A stretch of DNA of 63,140 nucleotides, filler included, from Octopus bimaculoides (taxonomy: Eukaryota), in the NCBI RefSeq assembly GCF_001194135.2. It is 5 parts of 4 records of this genome, joined end to end, with 100 filler letters (N's around TTAATTAATTAA, not from the genome) between each part and the next. Parts side by side here need not be neighbours in the genome. Positions count along the whole stretch, not along the records: positions 1 to 31,401 come from NC_068991.1; 4 more parts are not named here. One strand, 5' to 3'. A program made the position numbers and the translations under genes. The notes under the pieces were generated by a model. It had not been told where the DNA came from and did no database searches. It was given only the letters and a program-made list of their open reading frames with translations. Below, in pieces: positions 1 to 14,280 of the stretch. Each line of letters begins with the position of its first letter. Position 1 is the stretch's first letter.

Positions 1-356
1 GATCATGAGCAGAAGTAGTGGGGGAGCATCATAGCCATATGTTGAGAGATTCTTTGAGGATTTGAATGATTCACCTCTGGAAACATGGGTGTTTTGCTCA
101 ACATCCTTAAACAAACCTTATTCAGGGACCTTTTGAGCGGGATGGGCTACTCGACCTGAAGAAAATTCTAACTGGGCCCCCACCTGCGAGGTCATGCGCT
201 GTTTATCTTGATATGAGGTCACCATGTCGCGCACATATGGTTGTGATGCATGTGCCTGGTGTACCCTTATCAGACGGGTAGTCAAGATGGGTATAATGGG
301 CTTCGTATATTTGTACCCCAGTGTCATTTTGATGGCATGCACTGCTCTCTCACTTA
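1..356 (+). repeat. Interspersed repeat with (AAT)n tail (LINE-3'UTR-like); cut by the window start
   Basis: Ends ...gcatgcactgctctctcact + taataat. An inverted homologous copy lies at ~15865-16270 and a second 3' end at ~492-540. Confidence 0.75.
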
Positions 357-379
357 ATAATAATAAAAAAAAATATAAT

Positions 380-491
380 AATCTATATTATTTACATTCG
401 ACGGATATTTGTCCTCATCTTGTTTGTTGTTAACACAGCGTTTCGGCTGATATACCCTCCAGCCTTCTTCAGGTGATCTGGGGAAATTTCG
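380..491 (-). mobile_element. 3' part of hammerhead-bearing short element (family E)
   Basis: Minus strand reads gatcac-CTGAAGA-aGGCTG-gagggtatat-CAGCC-GAAAC-gct-gtgtt; homologous to 15686-15800. Confidence 0.7.
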
Positions 492-540
492 TATATTTTA
501 CCCCAGTGTCACTTTGATGGCATGCACTGCTCTCTCATTC

Positions 541-567
541 AATAATAATAATAATAATAATAATAAC

Positions 568-633
<66 letters not shown>
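541..633. repeat. (AAT)n microsatellite
   Basis: Direct inspection. Confidence 0.95.
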
Positions 634-640
<7 letters not shown>

Positions 641-1108
641 TATTATTTAAATATTATTTCTGGATGCAAGCCATCACCTAAACAAAAAAAAAAAATACTT
701 GACAAAAAATAGTTGTCATACATCTTTCATAACACAAATCAAAAACGTAAACTTGTTTTCAGTTCATAGCATCCATGATGCAACGGTCTATAATCACTCT
801 GAGTGCATACATCAAAATTAAGCCTACATTATTCGTCATTCCATTTCCGTTAATCCTCCATTATATAGAAAGGAGGGGTTCTATGAAATTTTTTTTTTTT
901 TTTTTTTCATTTTTGTATATATTTCTAATCTACTTTGTGTATATATTTTTCATTATCGTTCAAATTCGTACACTATATCCACTGATAACCGGCAACATTA
1001 GTTACCAAGGAGTTTTATTTCGTTGCTTTGTTTCTCTTCACTTCGTAATGTTTTTGCTTCATATTTCCACCACGAGCTACCCTCAATTCATTTCGTTGTA
1101 TATATGCG

Positions 1109-1670
<562 letters not shown>

Positions 1671-2171
1671 TGTGAGGTGTGAGGCGTGAGGGAGTGTAGC
1701 TCTATTATTTTTCTGCTGTGTATATATTTTTTTTTATTATTCTGTCAAGCTTTTATTATATCGTGTATTTCTCAATCTCATCGGTTGTGAATTCTATTTG
1801 CCCAGATAATGTAGGTTTCCTAGAAAATCCATCAGATTCATTATAGAAGTAAATAGGGAGCCGAATCTGAGATTTCGTTGAAAGAAATCTGTTGATTCTC
1901 CAGCAAATCCAATGAAATACTAATGATGGATATTCTGTTGTTTTGGGAATTGTTTTTAGCGTTGTTGTTTTTGTTTATTTCGATACAAGAATATATTCGA
2001 AAATCACATTGGTTACACTGTTACGGCAAAGGCATGGAGCCAACTTAGCAGTTTGTCGTATTTCTTGTTCAATACACCACGGTGTTATAAAAGCGATATA
2101 AGCTAGTGGATAATTAACTGATGGAAGTTCCGTTTTATATATTTCTGTCAATATGCATGTAACAAAGATTA

Positions 2172-2315
2172 AGGCGGCAAGCTTGATGCGGTGTTAATAC
2201 GCCGGGTAAAATGCTTAGCGGCATTTCATGCGACTTTATGTTCTGACTCAAAATCCCACCGAGGTCGGCTTTGCTTTTTATCCTTTCGGGGTCGATGCAG
2301 TACCAGTACTGCATT
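2172..2315 (+). mobile_element. SINE family B, degenerate
   Basis: aaggcggcaagct...aaatgcttagcggcatttc...ccgaggtcggctttgc...cctttcggggtcgat matches the other family B copies. Confidence 0.75.
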
Positions 2316-2787
2316 CAAAGGTTATTTGGGTCCACTTTCCTTTTCATCCTTTNNNNNNNNNNNNNNNNNNNNGGGGGGGGGGGGCAATCAATAAGCGCCA
2401 AGAATCATCAGTCCTTTACTGAGGTCCACTTCCCTGCCTCCCCCTCCTCTCTCTCTCTCTCTCTTCATCTCTCTCTCGCTCACTCGTTCTGGAAGAAATC
2501 GGTGCTTCTGCGATTACATCCAGACTTGAGGCTCGGCTGGAATTCAAACTTGAGAAATTGCAAGCGTACTTTATTTGTTATTGATCATCGTCCTGGAAGA
2601 TGCGATGAGATGATAAGTGATGATGATGGAGTGTGATTTCATGAGTGTGATTTCATGAGTGTGATTTCATGAGTGTGCAATAAACAAATTTTCTGAGTGT
2701 GCAAGTTGGGCATTTTATTATCAATAAACAGAAACAACGGTGATGGTACACCAAGGTCTAATACTATTTTATTGTAGAAGTCTTTGA

Positions 2788-3003
2788 GGAGGCGAGCTGA
2801 CAGAATCTTTAGCATGTCGGACAGAGTGCTTAGCGACATTTCATCCGTCTTTACGTTCTGAGTTAAAAATTTTACCGAGGTCGCCTTTGGTTTTCATCCT
2901 TTCGGGTCAATTAGATAAATACCAGTTGAGCAATGGGTTCGATTCGATATGAACAATTAGCTACTTCCCCGCAAATTTCAGGCCTTGTGCCTATCGTAAA
3001 AAG
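2788..3003 (+). mobile_element. SINE family B
   Basis: ggcgagctgacagaatc head; ends ggccttgtgcctatcgtaaaaag. Confidence 0.8.
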
Positions 3004-3357
3004 CTTATATAAGCTTTTGCCTAAAGTAGTTTCAATGAAAATCCTTGTGGGGACATTGCTGTATACAAATACCTAAAGCAAGCGGCCCATGCGGGACGGG
3101 GTAGCATGAGAAAATATGGATGAGAAACAACTGTGTAAAATTAACTTCTGCTTGGTTAAAATATTACATAGCATTTTTTTTTTAATGTATTCATTCATTA
3201 CAAAACGTGGGAAGAGGCCGTGTGTTAAACACCAGTCAGTGAGAATGGGTGCTGGGTTTCAAAAATTTGAGATACGCTGCACTAACCCAACACAAATATT
3301 TGTCTGTTTATATATTTGCGTCTATAGAAATTAATTCACATAACTACTTACATCATA

Positions 3358-3516
3358 TAGGCGAAGGCGTGGCTGCATTGTAAGCCGCTTGCTTCTCAAT
3401 CACCTGGTTCCGGGTTCAGGCCCACTACGCGGGAGCTTGGGCAAGTCTCTTCTACTATAGCTTAGGGCCGACCAAAGCCTTGTGAATTGATTTCGTAGAC
3501 GGAAAATGAAAGCCCG

Positions 3517-3589
<73 letters not shown>

Positions 3590-3815
3590 TGTATGCATGT
3601 ATATATGTATATGTCAATGTATGTGTAACTGTGTGCTGCGTCTGTCCTCCGCCATCGCTTGACAACCGGTGCTGGTATGTTTACGTCCCCGTAACATAGC
3701 GGTTCGGCAAAAGAAACTCATAGAATAAGTACCATGCTTAAAAAATAAATAAATACTAGGATCATTTAATTCAATTAAAATTCTTCAAGGCGGTGCCCCA
3801 TCATGTCCACAGTCT
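3358..3815 (+). mobile_element. SINE family A (tRNA head, internal microsatellite)
   Basis: ggttccgggttcagg B-box-like head, cttgggcaagt core, gaaagcccgtc followed by (AT)n(AC)n, then the gcttgacaaccggtgctgg 3' module. Confidence 0.85.
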
Positions 3816-3928
3816 ATAAGCTTATATATTTTATCTTTTTTTCTTCGTATTCTAAGTGAGAATGCTATCAAGATTAGTAAGCAAGCTAATGAAAAAAATG
3901 AATAAATAAAAACCATATAATACTATGC

Positions 3929-4314
3929 CGTGGCACTCCGTCGGTTGCGACGACGAGTGTTCCAGTTGATCCGATCAACGGAACAGCCTGCTCGTGAAAT
4001 TAACGTGCAAGCGGCTGATCACTCCACAGACACGCGTACCCTTAACGTAGTTCTCGGGGAGATTCAGCGTGATATAGAGTGTGACAAGGCTGGCCCTTTG
4101 AAATACAGGTTCAGGAAAAAAAAAGAGTGTGAGAAAGTTGTGGTGAAAGAGTGCAGCAGGGTTCACTACCACTCACTACCGGAGCTTCGTGGAACTTCGT
4201 GGAACTTTAGGCTGTTTTCGCTCAATAAATACCCACAACGCTCGGTCTGGGAATCGAAACCGCGATCCTACGACCACGAGTCTGGTGCTTTAACCACTGG
4301 GCCATTATGCCTCT
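3929..4314 (-). mobile_element. SINE family D
   Basis: Reverse complement of the head at 62884 and of the 3' tail ending gacggagtgccac. Confidence 0.85.
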
Positions 4315-4921
4315 ACAATACAATCTAGATCAAATATATTATTATAACTTGGTGTTGTTTCTGGACTACTGTTATTTCAGCGGACTCATTATCATTTAGG
4401 TAATCAACAAACGTATATGTTTAACAAAGCCCAACTATTTTCTTATTTAATCAGAAAATGAATTCTGAATTTGAATTAATATATCTTTATTTCACTATAT
4501 CTATTAGAGCATGTACAGTTGGGGACGGACTTTCTGGTTCGGTGGCTCTATTCGCATAACAACAAACAAAGAGTTTCGTTTATCTAATTTTTTTTTTCTT
4601 TCGATCCTATTTCTTTCTGTTTTTTTTTTTTTTCTGTCTGATATTTCGCTTTTGTTTGATCCATTCTCATTTCCAGAAGAAACTATTTTTTCGATACAAT
4701 CACTTCACACATTAGAGGCACTAATAGTTTGCTATACCTGGTAGAAATAACAGCAAACTTTCCCTCAAATCACTAAGGAAACTGATGCATAGTTCTAAAT
4801 GCAGTTAAGCTAAACAGACAGGAAATTCACGACTGCAATGCTTTTGAACGTTGCCAATCTCGATTAGGGTTGAGTTAGGCTAAACAAAGCCACAATGGCC
4901 ATGACACCGACTACATCAGAA

Positions 4922-4961
<40 letters not shown>

Positions 4962-5833
4962 TCTCTACCCCCACCCCCACCACTACCACCACCAACAACA
5001 ACCAGTCTTCCAACACTGAATGGGACACTAATGTGGGAGACACTTGAGTGACAAATTAAGACCGTCACTCGTTTAAACTCTGCCAAGTGGTTCCTTTATG
5101 CTTTTAATCCGGATAGATTTTCTCTATCCTGAAGATAATTGTCTCCCAACATTTTGCCACATCCTGAAAGGGTTAATGGGTGTTGTCTTACCTCCTCTGA
5201 TCATGCTGTTAAGAAAACAAAAAGACTGTTTAACTGAATATATAAACCAGGTGCTTATGTAAAAAATTGGTATTTATTATGTTTCTCAACATCAAATATA
5301 TTAAGTCGATCGATGACAAACTGGAATCAGAACCATATTTCTTTGTCCAGTTTTTCGTTTTATTTTTGTCAGGCATACCTTCGTAGCTGTTGCCGTTTCG
5401 CCTCACTACGCTACTTGGGTTTGGAGTACCCAGGTCAGTTTTTGATCACTTGGACCAGTATAAATTTCCTATTGCAAAATATAACTTTTATCTACCCATA
5501 TATATATATTTCAAGGATTAAATAAAAGAACTGGATAAACGGGAAAATTTAAGAAGAACATAACAAACGGAAAATTTAACAAAACCATAGTACACGGAAA
5601 ATACACGGCTGATTCTACAGCAGTCAATGTCCAGGAGATCATAGTGGATTCGCGTTTTTAACATTGATACCACTCCATCTTGGCAGCGCCAGAGAAGAAA
5701 GTCACAGGGAAAGGCTAATGAAAGTGTATATATATATGTGTGCGTGTGTGTGTGTGTGTGTGTGTATGTGTGTGTGTTATGTATGTATGATGTATGTATG
5801 CATGCATCTATGTATGTATGTATGTATGTATGT

Positions 5834-6096
5834 ATGAGGTGTGATCAATAAGTATCCGGATTGTTGTCATTGCTACGAAGCTAAAGCACGCGGAGTAATG
5901 ATGCTTTGCACAGATCACACGTTACACACCTTCTTTCTAAGCACTGTTGTAAGCAGCGGAAGTTAACTAGATCATTATAACTAAATGCGCATGTACAGCA
6001 GGGTTCGAGGTCAATTTCTGCCAAGAGGATTTACTATGACTGCTTTAGCTTCTTTACTATGGCAACAGTCCGGATACTGATTGATCAGACCACGTA
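5834..6096. mobile_element. Mariner-type MITE in a TA-rich tract
   Basis: Terminal inverted repeats (TIRs) tatgaggtgtgatcaataagtatccggattgttgtcat / atggcaacagtccggatactgattgatcagaccacgta, with TA at both ends. Confidence 0.8.
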
Positions 6097-6530
6097 TATA
6101 TGTATAGATATTTGTAGTGTAATGAATGGATATATAGAGTTGTGTGGATAAGCTCCTCTAATGGACTCGGCTAGCAGACCTCATAGTAATCAAATACAGA
6201 GGAGTATAGTGCAGAGTTCTTTGCAGCTGAAATTCAGATTTGCTCGATGAAATTATTTCATGAGATGTATATAAACCCCAAAAATATCAGGAGGTACGAG
6301 AGGTGAATGTATTTATTTAAGCACTTCACATCCTTAGGGTTCCAGCCGTTTCGAAGCTCTCTTCATGTAATAATAGTTCTAGCGTAGAATAAATTATGTT
6401 CACATGTCTGCATTAATACACATGCTACGCATTAAACGATACAATTATATATTCACAAATCAATGCAGCTAAAGAAAGCCAGCTCATCAGATCACCAGAA
6501 CATCATGGTTGCACCAAAAATTCACCTCTC

Positions 6531-6562
<32 letters not shown>

Positions 6563-6670
6563 TCTCTCTCACACTCTCTCTCTCTCTTTCAGTCTCTCTA
6601 CCCCCTTATATATATACATACATTTATGTATACATATATATATACATACATTTATGTATACATATATATA

Positions 6671-6702
<32 letters not shown>

Positions 6703-7493
6703 CGTATGTATGCATGCATGCATGCAAGTATGTATATGAACATATATGTATATGTATATATATTTCATATGTTTCATATATTTGAAGTGGACTCAGATGC
6801 AATGTATTATTATCAAAAAGAGAATACATTTCTTTGCAGAGCGTAGTTTCAATCTACGGGTCCCCAGGCTATGGGAACGCTGTCATTATACCCCTTCTCT
6901 CAATGGGTAGTTACACAAAATTATAATGTATTATTTCATTTATTTTCTACTCTGAGTTATATTGTTCCTGTTACATGATCCATGGGAGGATATATATTTA
7001 TTATTTATTTATCATTTCTCTGCATTGGTCAGCGTCAAAAATCTGAAACATAATTAACTACACAATACCTGCTGTAGCACTGAGACGTTAATGTATTTAC
7101 TGAAAGGTGTCATTTCACTCTACATTTCACTCTTCGTAGAATCACATTTGACAAGCTACATGCATAGATGCATGTTTTGCGAATTTTTCTGGTGTCTCAT
7201 TATTTGCCGTTGTCAGATCAATCAGATAGCAAATCAAATCAACGAATGTTTCCCAACACAGCATAGCAAGAGAGCTTGTCCGTGTCTTATCTCAAATATT
7301 TATTCACAAGTGATTGTTGTGTTGACACCATTGTTAACTTTTATGGTTATGAACAACAAGCTTGGTGAATCGTTGTAAAAAAAAAACCCATGGAGTATCT
7401 ACTTAGTTTCGGCTTTAAAATCGATTTTGTTCCTTTCAAAATAATAAATAACATAATAATAATAATAACAACAACAACAACAACAACAACAAC

Positions 7494-7540
<47 letters not shown>

Positions 7541-7928
7541 CCAAAAACTGAGCATGTATAAAGATCTTGAAATAGAAATTAGCAAAACGTGGAACCTGAA
7601 GACTAAAACAATGCCTGTTGTCATAAGTGCCCTACAAATGATAGCAAAAGGGACTGATTGCTACTTAGCCCAGATACAAGGAAACCTCAAAATGGCAGAA
7701 ATTCAAAAGATAGTGCTCATGGGAACTGCCCATATCCTACGTAAAATACTGTCTATGTAATCTCAAATTTTAAGACAAACATAATTTTCTTATGGTTTCT
7801 TAAACATTCTCTAGAACAATACATTGTACAAAACCAAATATATGGCACCCTAGGCATTACACCAACTTGAACTTCTAACCTGTTGTCTCTTGAGGGTTCT
7901 GGATGAGACCTGGAGCCAACTTGTACAA
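7541..7928 (+). mobile_element. R4/Dong-clade LINE 3' fragment (restriction-like endonuclease C-terminus)
   Basis: KLSMYKDLEIEISKTWNLKTKTMPVVISAL...EIQKIVLMGTAHILRKILSM*; starts immediately after (AAT)n. Confidence 0.8.
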
Positions 7929-8039
7929 ANNNNNNNNNNTAATAAAACGCCATGAGTGACGGAGTGGAAGCCACGGGCGCGAGCCCAGGTGAAGCTGACC
8001 GCGGGTGTAGATGTCTGTGGTAGTAGCAAATATCTTGGT

Positions 8040-8476
8040 GGTAGTAGCAAACAGATCAGGTGCTAGAGCACAGCAAACCGGACCTAGTGGTGGGGGACAA
8101 AGTGCACACATGTGCTATACAGTTGATGTTGCATGCCTCTTTGACCCATGAATAGTCAAGGAAGGCGAGAAGATACACCCTCTCAAGTACGAAATATTCT
8201 GGTTATAGAAAATGAAGAAAGTGAAGATAGTGCCAAATTATTGTTGGGTCCTTGGGAACAGTATCAGAAGGCATCAAAAGGAATATAAAGGAAATTGGAA
8301 TAGAGTGCCCAGTAGAACCGTTACAAAAGATTTGCCTCCTTGGTACGGCCAGAATAATCAGGAAAGTATTAGATAGCTGGAAAAAAAATGCATAACATGG
8401 TATCGTAGGCTGTAGGTAGTAAGTCCGCTACGCATTCAAGACTCCGGAAGCTCCAACAAAATCTGTGATAAAAAGA

Positions 8477-8478
<2 letters not shown>
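8040..8478 (+). mobile_element. R4/Dong-clade LINE 3' fragment, decayed
   Basis: TDQVLEHSKPDLVVGDK / VDVACLFD / KEGEKI..LKYEI / IIVGSLGTV...LQKICLLGTARIIRKVLDS across frameshifts; ends in (AAT)n. Confidence 0.8.
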
Positions 8479-8530
<52 letters not shown>

Positions 8531-8737
8531 TGTTTCTGCTCTAAGCACAAGGCCTGAAATTTCGTGGTGGGGTTAAGTCGATCATATTGACCCCCACCCC
8601 CACCCCAGTACTCAACTGGTACTTTATTTATCGACTCTGAAAGGATGAAAGGCAATGTCGACCTCGGAGGAATTTGAACACAGGACGTAAAGACGGACGA
8701 AATGCCGCTAAGCATTTTTCGGCGGCGTGCTAACGAT
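8531..8737 (-). mobile_element. SINE family B
   Basis: gcacaaggcctgaaattt...gaaaggatgaaaggcaatgtcgacctcgg...gctaagcattt; sits between (AAT)n tracts. Confidence 0.85.
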
Positions 8738-8747
8738 NNNNNNNNNN

Positions 8748-8824
<77 letters not shown>

Positions 8825-9030
8825 TGGCGTGTTGGCAACAGTAAGCAACAATATAGGCAAATGACTGAATGTGATTGGAATAGAATGCCCGGTAGAGCTC
8901 CTACAGAAAGTTTGTCTCTTAGGGACAGCAAGGATCATTAGCGGGTTCTGAGCCCTTGAAAAACTTATTAAAAACCTGTGCGTACCTAAGGTTACAGGTA
9001 GTAAGCCGCTGCCCACATAAATCCTAACAG
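8825..9030 (+). mobile_element. R4/Dong-clade LINE extreme 3' fragment
   Basis: GVLATVS...IGIECPVELLQKVCLLGTARII and a 3'UTR resembling 8400-8430; follows (AAT)n. Confidence 0.75.
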
Positions 9031-9617
9031 AAATAAGACCGAACTTGAGTCAAACCAAAATAAAAGTATAATTTTACTGTCCCTTCTCTCGTTTTACTCA
9101 TATCTGTTTATTTATTTGACAACAAAGAAATATTTATCCGTTTCGACCTCATAAAATATCTTCTAAGATCTTGATTGGCTATTTATTAGTCCTGATTAGT
9201 TCTGGCTGCTTGTTATGAACCAGAGGTGACACAGCTCACCCATATGGACAATACATAGACTCGTGTTGTGTTTCTATTCACAAGCTAGGTGAATTCAACC
9301 AGTACATGAATATATGTTTTCACCAGAAACATAATGAAAAGACCAATACGTTTTCTTTTCTTTTTTTTTTCTAACACATGACCTGGTTGTTAAATACATT
9401 ATAAATTCGACCATCTTGAATTTTTTAAATTCGGTCTTGAGAAGATTTGAAGTTATATGTGAAATATCCAAAAAGACAAAATACAGTCATTCGGAAGAAT
9501 TAAATTTTTGTTTCGGTCAGCTCCACAACATTTATTCATATTTTTACGACCTCAAGAGTGGAGCTTCATAGGTTAGCGGTTCAGGCGTTGGGATCATGAC
9601 CGCAAGACTGTAGTTTG

Positions 9618-9940
9618 TGAAGGCACATGGCTTAGTGGTTAGGGCATTCGGCTCACGATCATAAAATTGTGAGTTTGGTTCCCAGAAGCGCGTTGTGTAC
9701 TTGAGCAAGACTCTTTATTTCTTGTTGCTCCAACCCTTTCAACTGACAAAAATCAGTTGTGCCTGTAATTCAAAGGGCCAGTCCTGTCACATGCTGTGTC
9801 ACGCTGAATCTCCATGAGAACTATATCAAGGGTACAAGTCTCTGTGGAGTGCTCAGCCACTTGTACGTTGATTTCATGAGCAAACTGTTCTGTTGATCGG
9901 ATCAATAGCAACCCTCATCATCGTAAGCGACGAAGTGCCA
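9618..9940 (+). mobile_element. SINE with family D tail and a variant tRNA head, apparently nested in another SINE head
   Basis: tggcttagtggttagg A box; tail gtcacgctgaatctcc...gtgcca; the flanks at ~9575-9617 and ~9941-10020 look like the interrupted head. Confidence 0.75.
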
Positions 9941-11264
9941 GTAAGATTGTGATTTCGACAGCTCGACCGTCCGGTACGTTGTGTTCTTGAGCAAAACACT
10001 TCATTTTACGTTGCTCTAGCAAAACCGAGTAACAGTGAAGTCACGACAACCCTGGCAAACCACCGATGGACGCTGGATCTGCCTATAAAAACAAACAGAA
10101 GGGAACTGGATTAAAGGGTCGATGGCCGACCCCGTTGTTAGGTATTTTATTGCGTAGGTCATTTTGCTGCGGAGAATATCGACTTAATTGTAGAAGTGTA
10201 CACTCCACCCATGATCGTTTTCTTCAATCACACTTATATATATATATATATATATATATATNNNNNNNNNNNNNNNNNNNNNNNNNNNNNNNNNNNNNNN
10301 NNNNNNNNNNNNNNNNNNNNNNNNNNNNNNNNNNNNNNNNNNNNNNNNNNNNNNNNNNNNNNNNNNNNNNNNNNNNNNNNNNNNNNNNNNNNNNNNNNNN
10401 NNNNNNNNNNNNNNNNNNNNNNNNNNNNNNNNNNNNNNNNNNNNNNNNNNNNNNNNNNNNNNNNNNNNNNNNNNNNNNNNNNNNNNNNNNNNNNNNNNNN
10501 NNNNNNNNNNNNNNNNNNNNNNNNNNNNNNNNNNNNNNNNNNNNNNNNNNNNNNNNNNNNNNNNNNNNNNNNNNNNNNNNNNNNNNNNNNNNNNNNNNNN
10601 NNNNNNNNNNNNNNNNNNNNNNNNNNNNNNNNNNNNNNNNNNNNNNNNNNNNNNNNNNNNNNNACATATATATATACACCTTCTGTTTTGAACATGATAA
10701 TTTATCAACATTGAAACATCTTAATTTGTCAACATTGAAACTTTTAACGATGTTTTTTCTAATTTTAAACATTTACGAGCCTTTGAAATTTAAGTGCATT
10801 TTCAACAACACATTTTCCTATATATATATATACATATATATGGTGGACTTTTCTGTCAAAGACGACGGCGTATGGAGTGTTCAGCCTTTTTGCCGAACGG
10901 CCTCCACAAAGGTTTTGTTTATAGTGGATCAAATGTATGAGTCGTATATTAGCTCGCTCTCTCTATCAAATCGACGTTCCTTGAACAAATGCACTATGTA
11001 CCACATGTCATGTGTCCAAGTGATAGCAGAGCAACGTAAGATGAAGTGCTTTGCTCCAAGAACACAATGCACCACCCGGGGACACACACGCATACACACA
11101 CACATACACACACACACATGCACACACACATATATATAAATATATGTTTATATCAATATATATATACATATATATATATATAATACAAATAATATGTGAG
11201 TATATGCATATATACGTACATGTGTGTACATACCTGCATCTACATGTATATATATAGATGCATA

Positions 11265-11410
11265 TCTGGGTACAGGATGTCACAAAATAAAAATGTGGAC
11301 AAAATAAAAAAAAACAGAACATAAACAGAGCACAGAAAATACACAGGCCACATAGAGAACATTTCCTTCATCAGTTGCCATCATACTAAACTAAGCGTTT
11401 CGAAGAGTTT
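11265..11410 (-). repeat. Interspersed repeat, possibly a Penelope pseudo-LTR
   Basis: Shares gatgcatatctgggtacagga and ttccttcatcag(t/c)tgcc with 62070-62240. Confidence 0.45.
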
Positions 11411-12626
11411 ATGTATATAAGTAAATATATGCATGTGTGTGTGTATATATATATATACTTATGTGCATACACACGCACATTATATATNNNNNNNNNNNNN
11501 NNNNNNNNNNNNNNNNNNNNNNNNNNNNNNNNNNNNNNNNNNNNNNNNNNNNNNNNNNNNNNNNNNNNNNNNNNNNNNNNNNNNNNNNNNNNNNNNNNNN
11601 NNNNNNNNNNNNNNNNNNNNNNNNNNNNNNNNNNNNNNNNNNNNNNNNNNNNNNNNNNNNNNNNNNNNNNNNNNNNNNNNNNNNNNNNNNNNNNNNNNNN
11701 NNNNNNNNNNNNNNNNNNNNNNNNNNNNNNNNNNNNNNNNNNNNNNNNNNNNNNNNNNNNNNNNNNNNNNNNNNNNNNNNNNNNNNNNNNNNNNNNNNNN
11801 NNNNNNNNNNNNNNNNNNNNNNNNNNNNNNNNNNNNNNNTATATATATATATATATATATGCATATTTATGTATGTATATATGTAGGTATGTATATTAAA
11901 ATAGTTAAGATAAATACACGTATCAAAAATAGGATAACATGAAAATGAAATGATTGGACAGTGCCTTGCCTGTCTGCCTGTCTGCCTGTCTGTCTGTCTG
12001 TCTGTCTGTCTGTCCCGGTATAAAACACGTCATGTTTTCTCCTCTTGTTATACACACATGATAGCTACTTTTTTCTCGTTATTGTTATAGTTTCATTTAT
12101 TAAAAAAACAAAAATCCTTTTATTCATATTGAGGACGAGGTCAAGCTAAGCTTATCGTCTTTTTCATTCTTTATTGAATATTTTGTTGTTAAACCTCACT
12201 TTTATATATGTCCACTGAGGCGTTCCATACTTTGACCCACTCTCGATCACTGTCTCCCTCAACACCACCCTTTCTCACTATCTTTATCTCTTTATCTCTC
12301 CCCCCTCTCTCTCTCTCTATCTCTCTATCTATCTCTATCTCCCCTCCTCCTTTCTTTCTCTTTTTACATGGCTCTTCGCATACATATAACTCGTATGAAT
12401 ATATGTCTACTTATGTACTTACACGTATACGTATACATGTACGCGCATGCACGCACACATACACTAACTACACACACGTGTGCACACACATACAAACCGG
12501 CCCAACCACACAAGTACGTATGTATGTGTATTTTTGTGTGTATCTGTGTTAATACAACATGTGTATGTATGCGTATGCATATATTTATATAGTGTATGTG
12601 TATGCACACACACACACACACGCACG

Positions 12627-12676
<50 letters not shown>

Positions 12677-13899
12677 NNNNNNNNNNNNNNNNNNNNNNNN
12701 NNNNNNNNNNNNNNNNNNNNNNNNNNNNNNNNNNNNNNNNNNNNNNNNNNNNNNNNNNNNNNNNNNNNNNNNNNNNNNNNNNNNNNNNNNNNNNNNNNNN
12801 NNNNNNNNNNNNNNNNNNNNNNNNNNNNNNNNNNNNNNNNNNNNNNNNNNNNNNNNNNNNNNNNNNNNNNNNNNNNNNNNNNNNNNNNNNNNNNNNNNNN
12901 NNNNNNNNNNNNNNNNNNNNNNNNNNNNNNNNNNNNNNNNNNNNNNNNNNNNNNNNNNNNNNNNNNNNNNNNNNNNNNNNNNNNNNNNNNNNNNNNNNNN
13001 NNNNNNNNNNNNNNNNNNNNNNNNNNNNNNNNNNNNNNNNNNNNNNNNNNNNNNNNNNNNNNNNNNNNNNNNNNNNNNNNNNNNNNNNNNNNNNNNNNNN
13101 NNNNNNNNNNNNNNNNNNNNNNNNNNNNNNNNNNNNNNNNNNNNNNNNNNNNNNNNNNNNNNNNNNNNNNNNNNNNNNNNNNNNNNNNNNNNNNNNNNNN
13201 NNNNNNNNNNNNNNNNNNNNNNNNNNNNNNNNNNNNNNNNNNNNNNNNNNNNNNNNNNNNNNNNNNNNNNNNNNNNNNNNNNNNNNNNNNNNNNNNNNNN
13301 NNNNNNNNNNNNNNNNNNNNNNNNNNNNNNNNNNNNNNNNNNNNNNNNNNNNNNNNNNNNNNNNNNNNNNNNNNNNNNNNNNNNNNNNNNNNNNNTTAGC
13401 TTTCCATGATCGGTGTTCCACGGTTTGTTAAATGAGAAGAGCAGAAACCGTTATAGTAGTGGTAAAATATAGAGCAAGAGGATGTGTCTTAGTTACTGTC
13501 ATCGCCGTCATCGCCGTCATCGTCGTCGTCGTCGTCGTCGTTGTTGCTGTTGTTGTTTGTAAGCACCAGATCTTCCCTGACTGAGCAGATTTTCATTTTT
13601 GTATTTGTGTTTGTGTTTGGTTTTTGTTTATGTTTTTTGGAAGACGTTCCATCTACGATAACCTGGCCTTAAATATCTAAGACTACAATATCCAGTGGAA
13701 ACATATTTCAAGATGGCAGATTAATGTCACAAATATTTCACAAAAGAAAGATTCACTAATAATAAAAGTGTCGACATGGTCGTTTGATCTGGTGTAATAA
13801 ATATACCACACAAATCTCCCTCACACCTCATCCTACTGTCTCAAGTACGGGAACTATATATTGAATCATTTTCCATCGAATCTACACTGAACGTTCCTT

Positions 13900-14131
13900 A
13901 TTTCTTTACTGCCCACAAGGGGATACACACAGAAGGGACAAACAAGGACAGACAAACAGGTTAAGTCGATTATATCAATCCCAGCGCGTAACTGGTACTT
14001 ATTTAATCGACCCCGAATGGATGAAAGGCAAAATCGACCTCGGCGGAATTTGAACACAGAACGTAGCGGCAGACGAAATACCGCTAAGCATTTCGCCCGG
14101 TGTGTTAACGATTCTGCTAGCTCGCCGCCTT
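13900..14131 (-). mobile_element. SINE family B, full length, with 17-bp TSD
   Basis: tacactgaacgttcctt at 13883-13899 and 14132-14148. Confidence 0.92.
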
Positions 14132-14280
14132 TACACTGAACGTTCCTTGCAAACTTAGGGAACATCGTTTATTTTCCGACCGAGAACCTTTGCTCCTAAC
14201 GGTATGAACACTCACTCCTATTTCCTTTAAACCTACCACTCACACAATCTCCTTTCTTTATCTCCATCATTTAATTAGAT

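Noticed and set aside
224-433. Duplicated 69/83-aa ORF MSRTYGCDA... (also 15745-15996)
   Set aside because: It spans a repeat 3' end, an AAT tail and family E; a product of repeat homology.
4675-4745. Possible small plus-strand exon (EETIFSIQSLHTLEALIVCYTW)
   Set aside because: It runs into a motif (aaat.tccctca) also seen near 13815, so it is probably repeat-derived, and no partner exons were found.
11355-11410. GAAAC ... CTGATGA on the minus strand (also ~62190-62235), resembling a type II hammerhead
   Set aside because: I could not form a convincing stem I or stem II in either copy.
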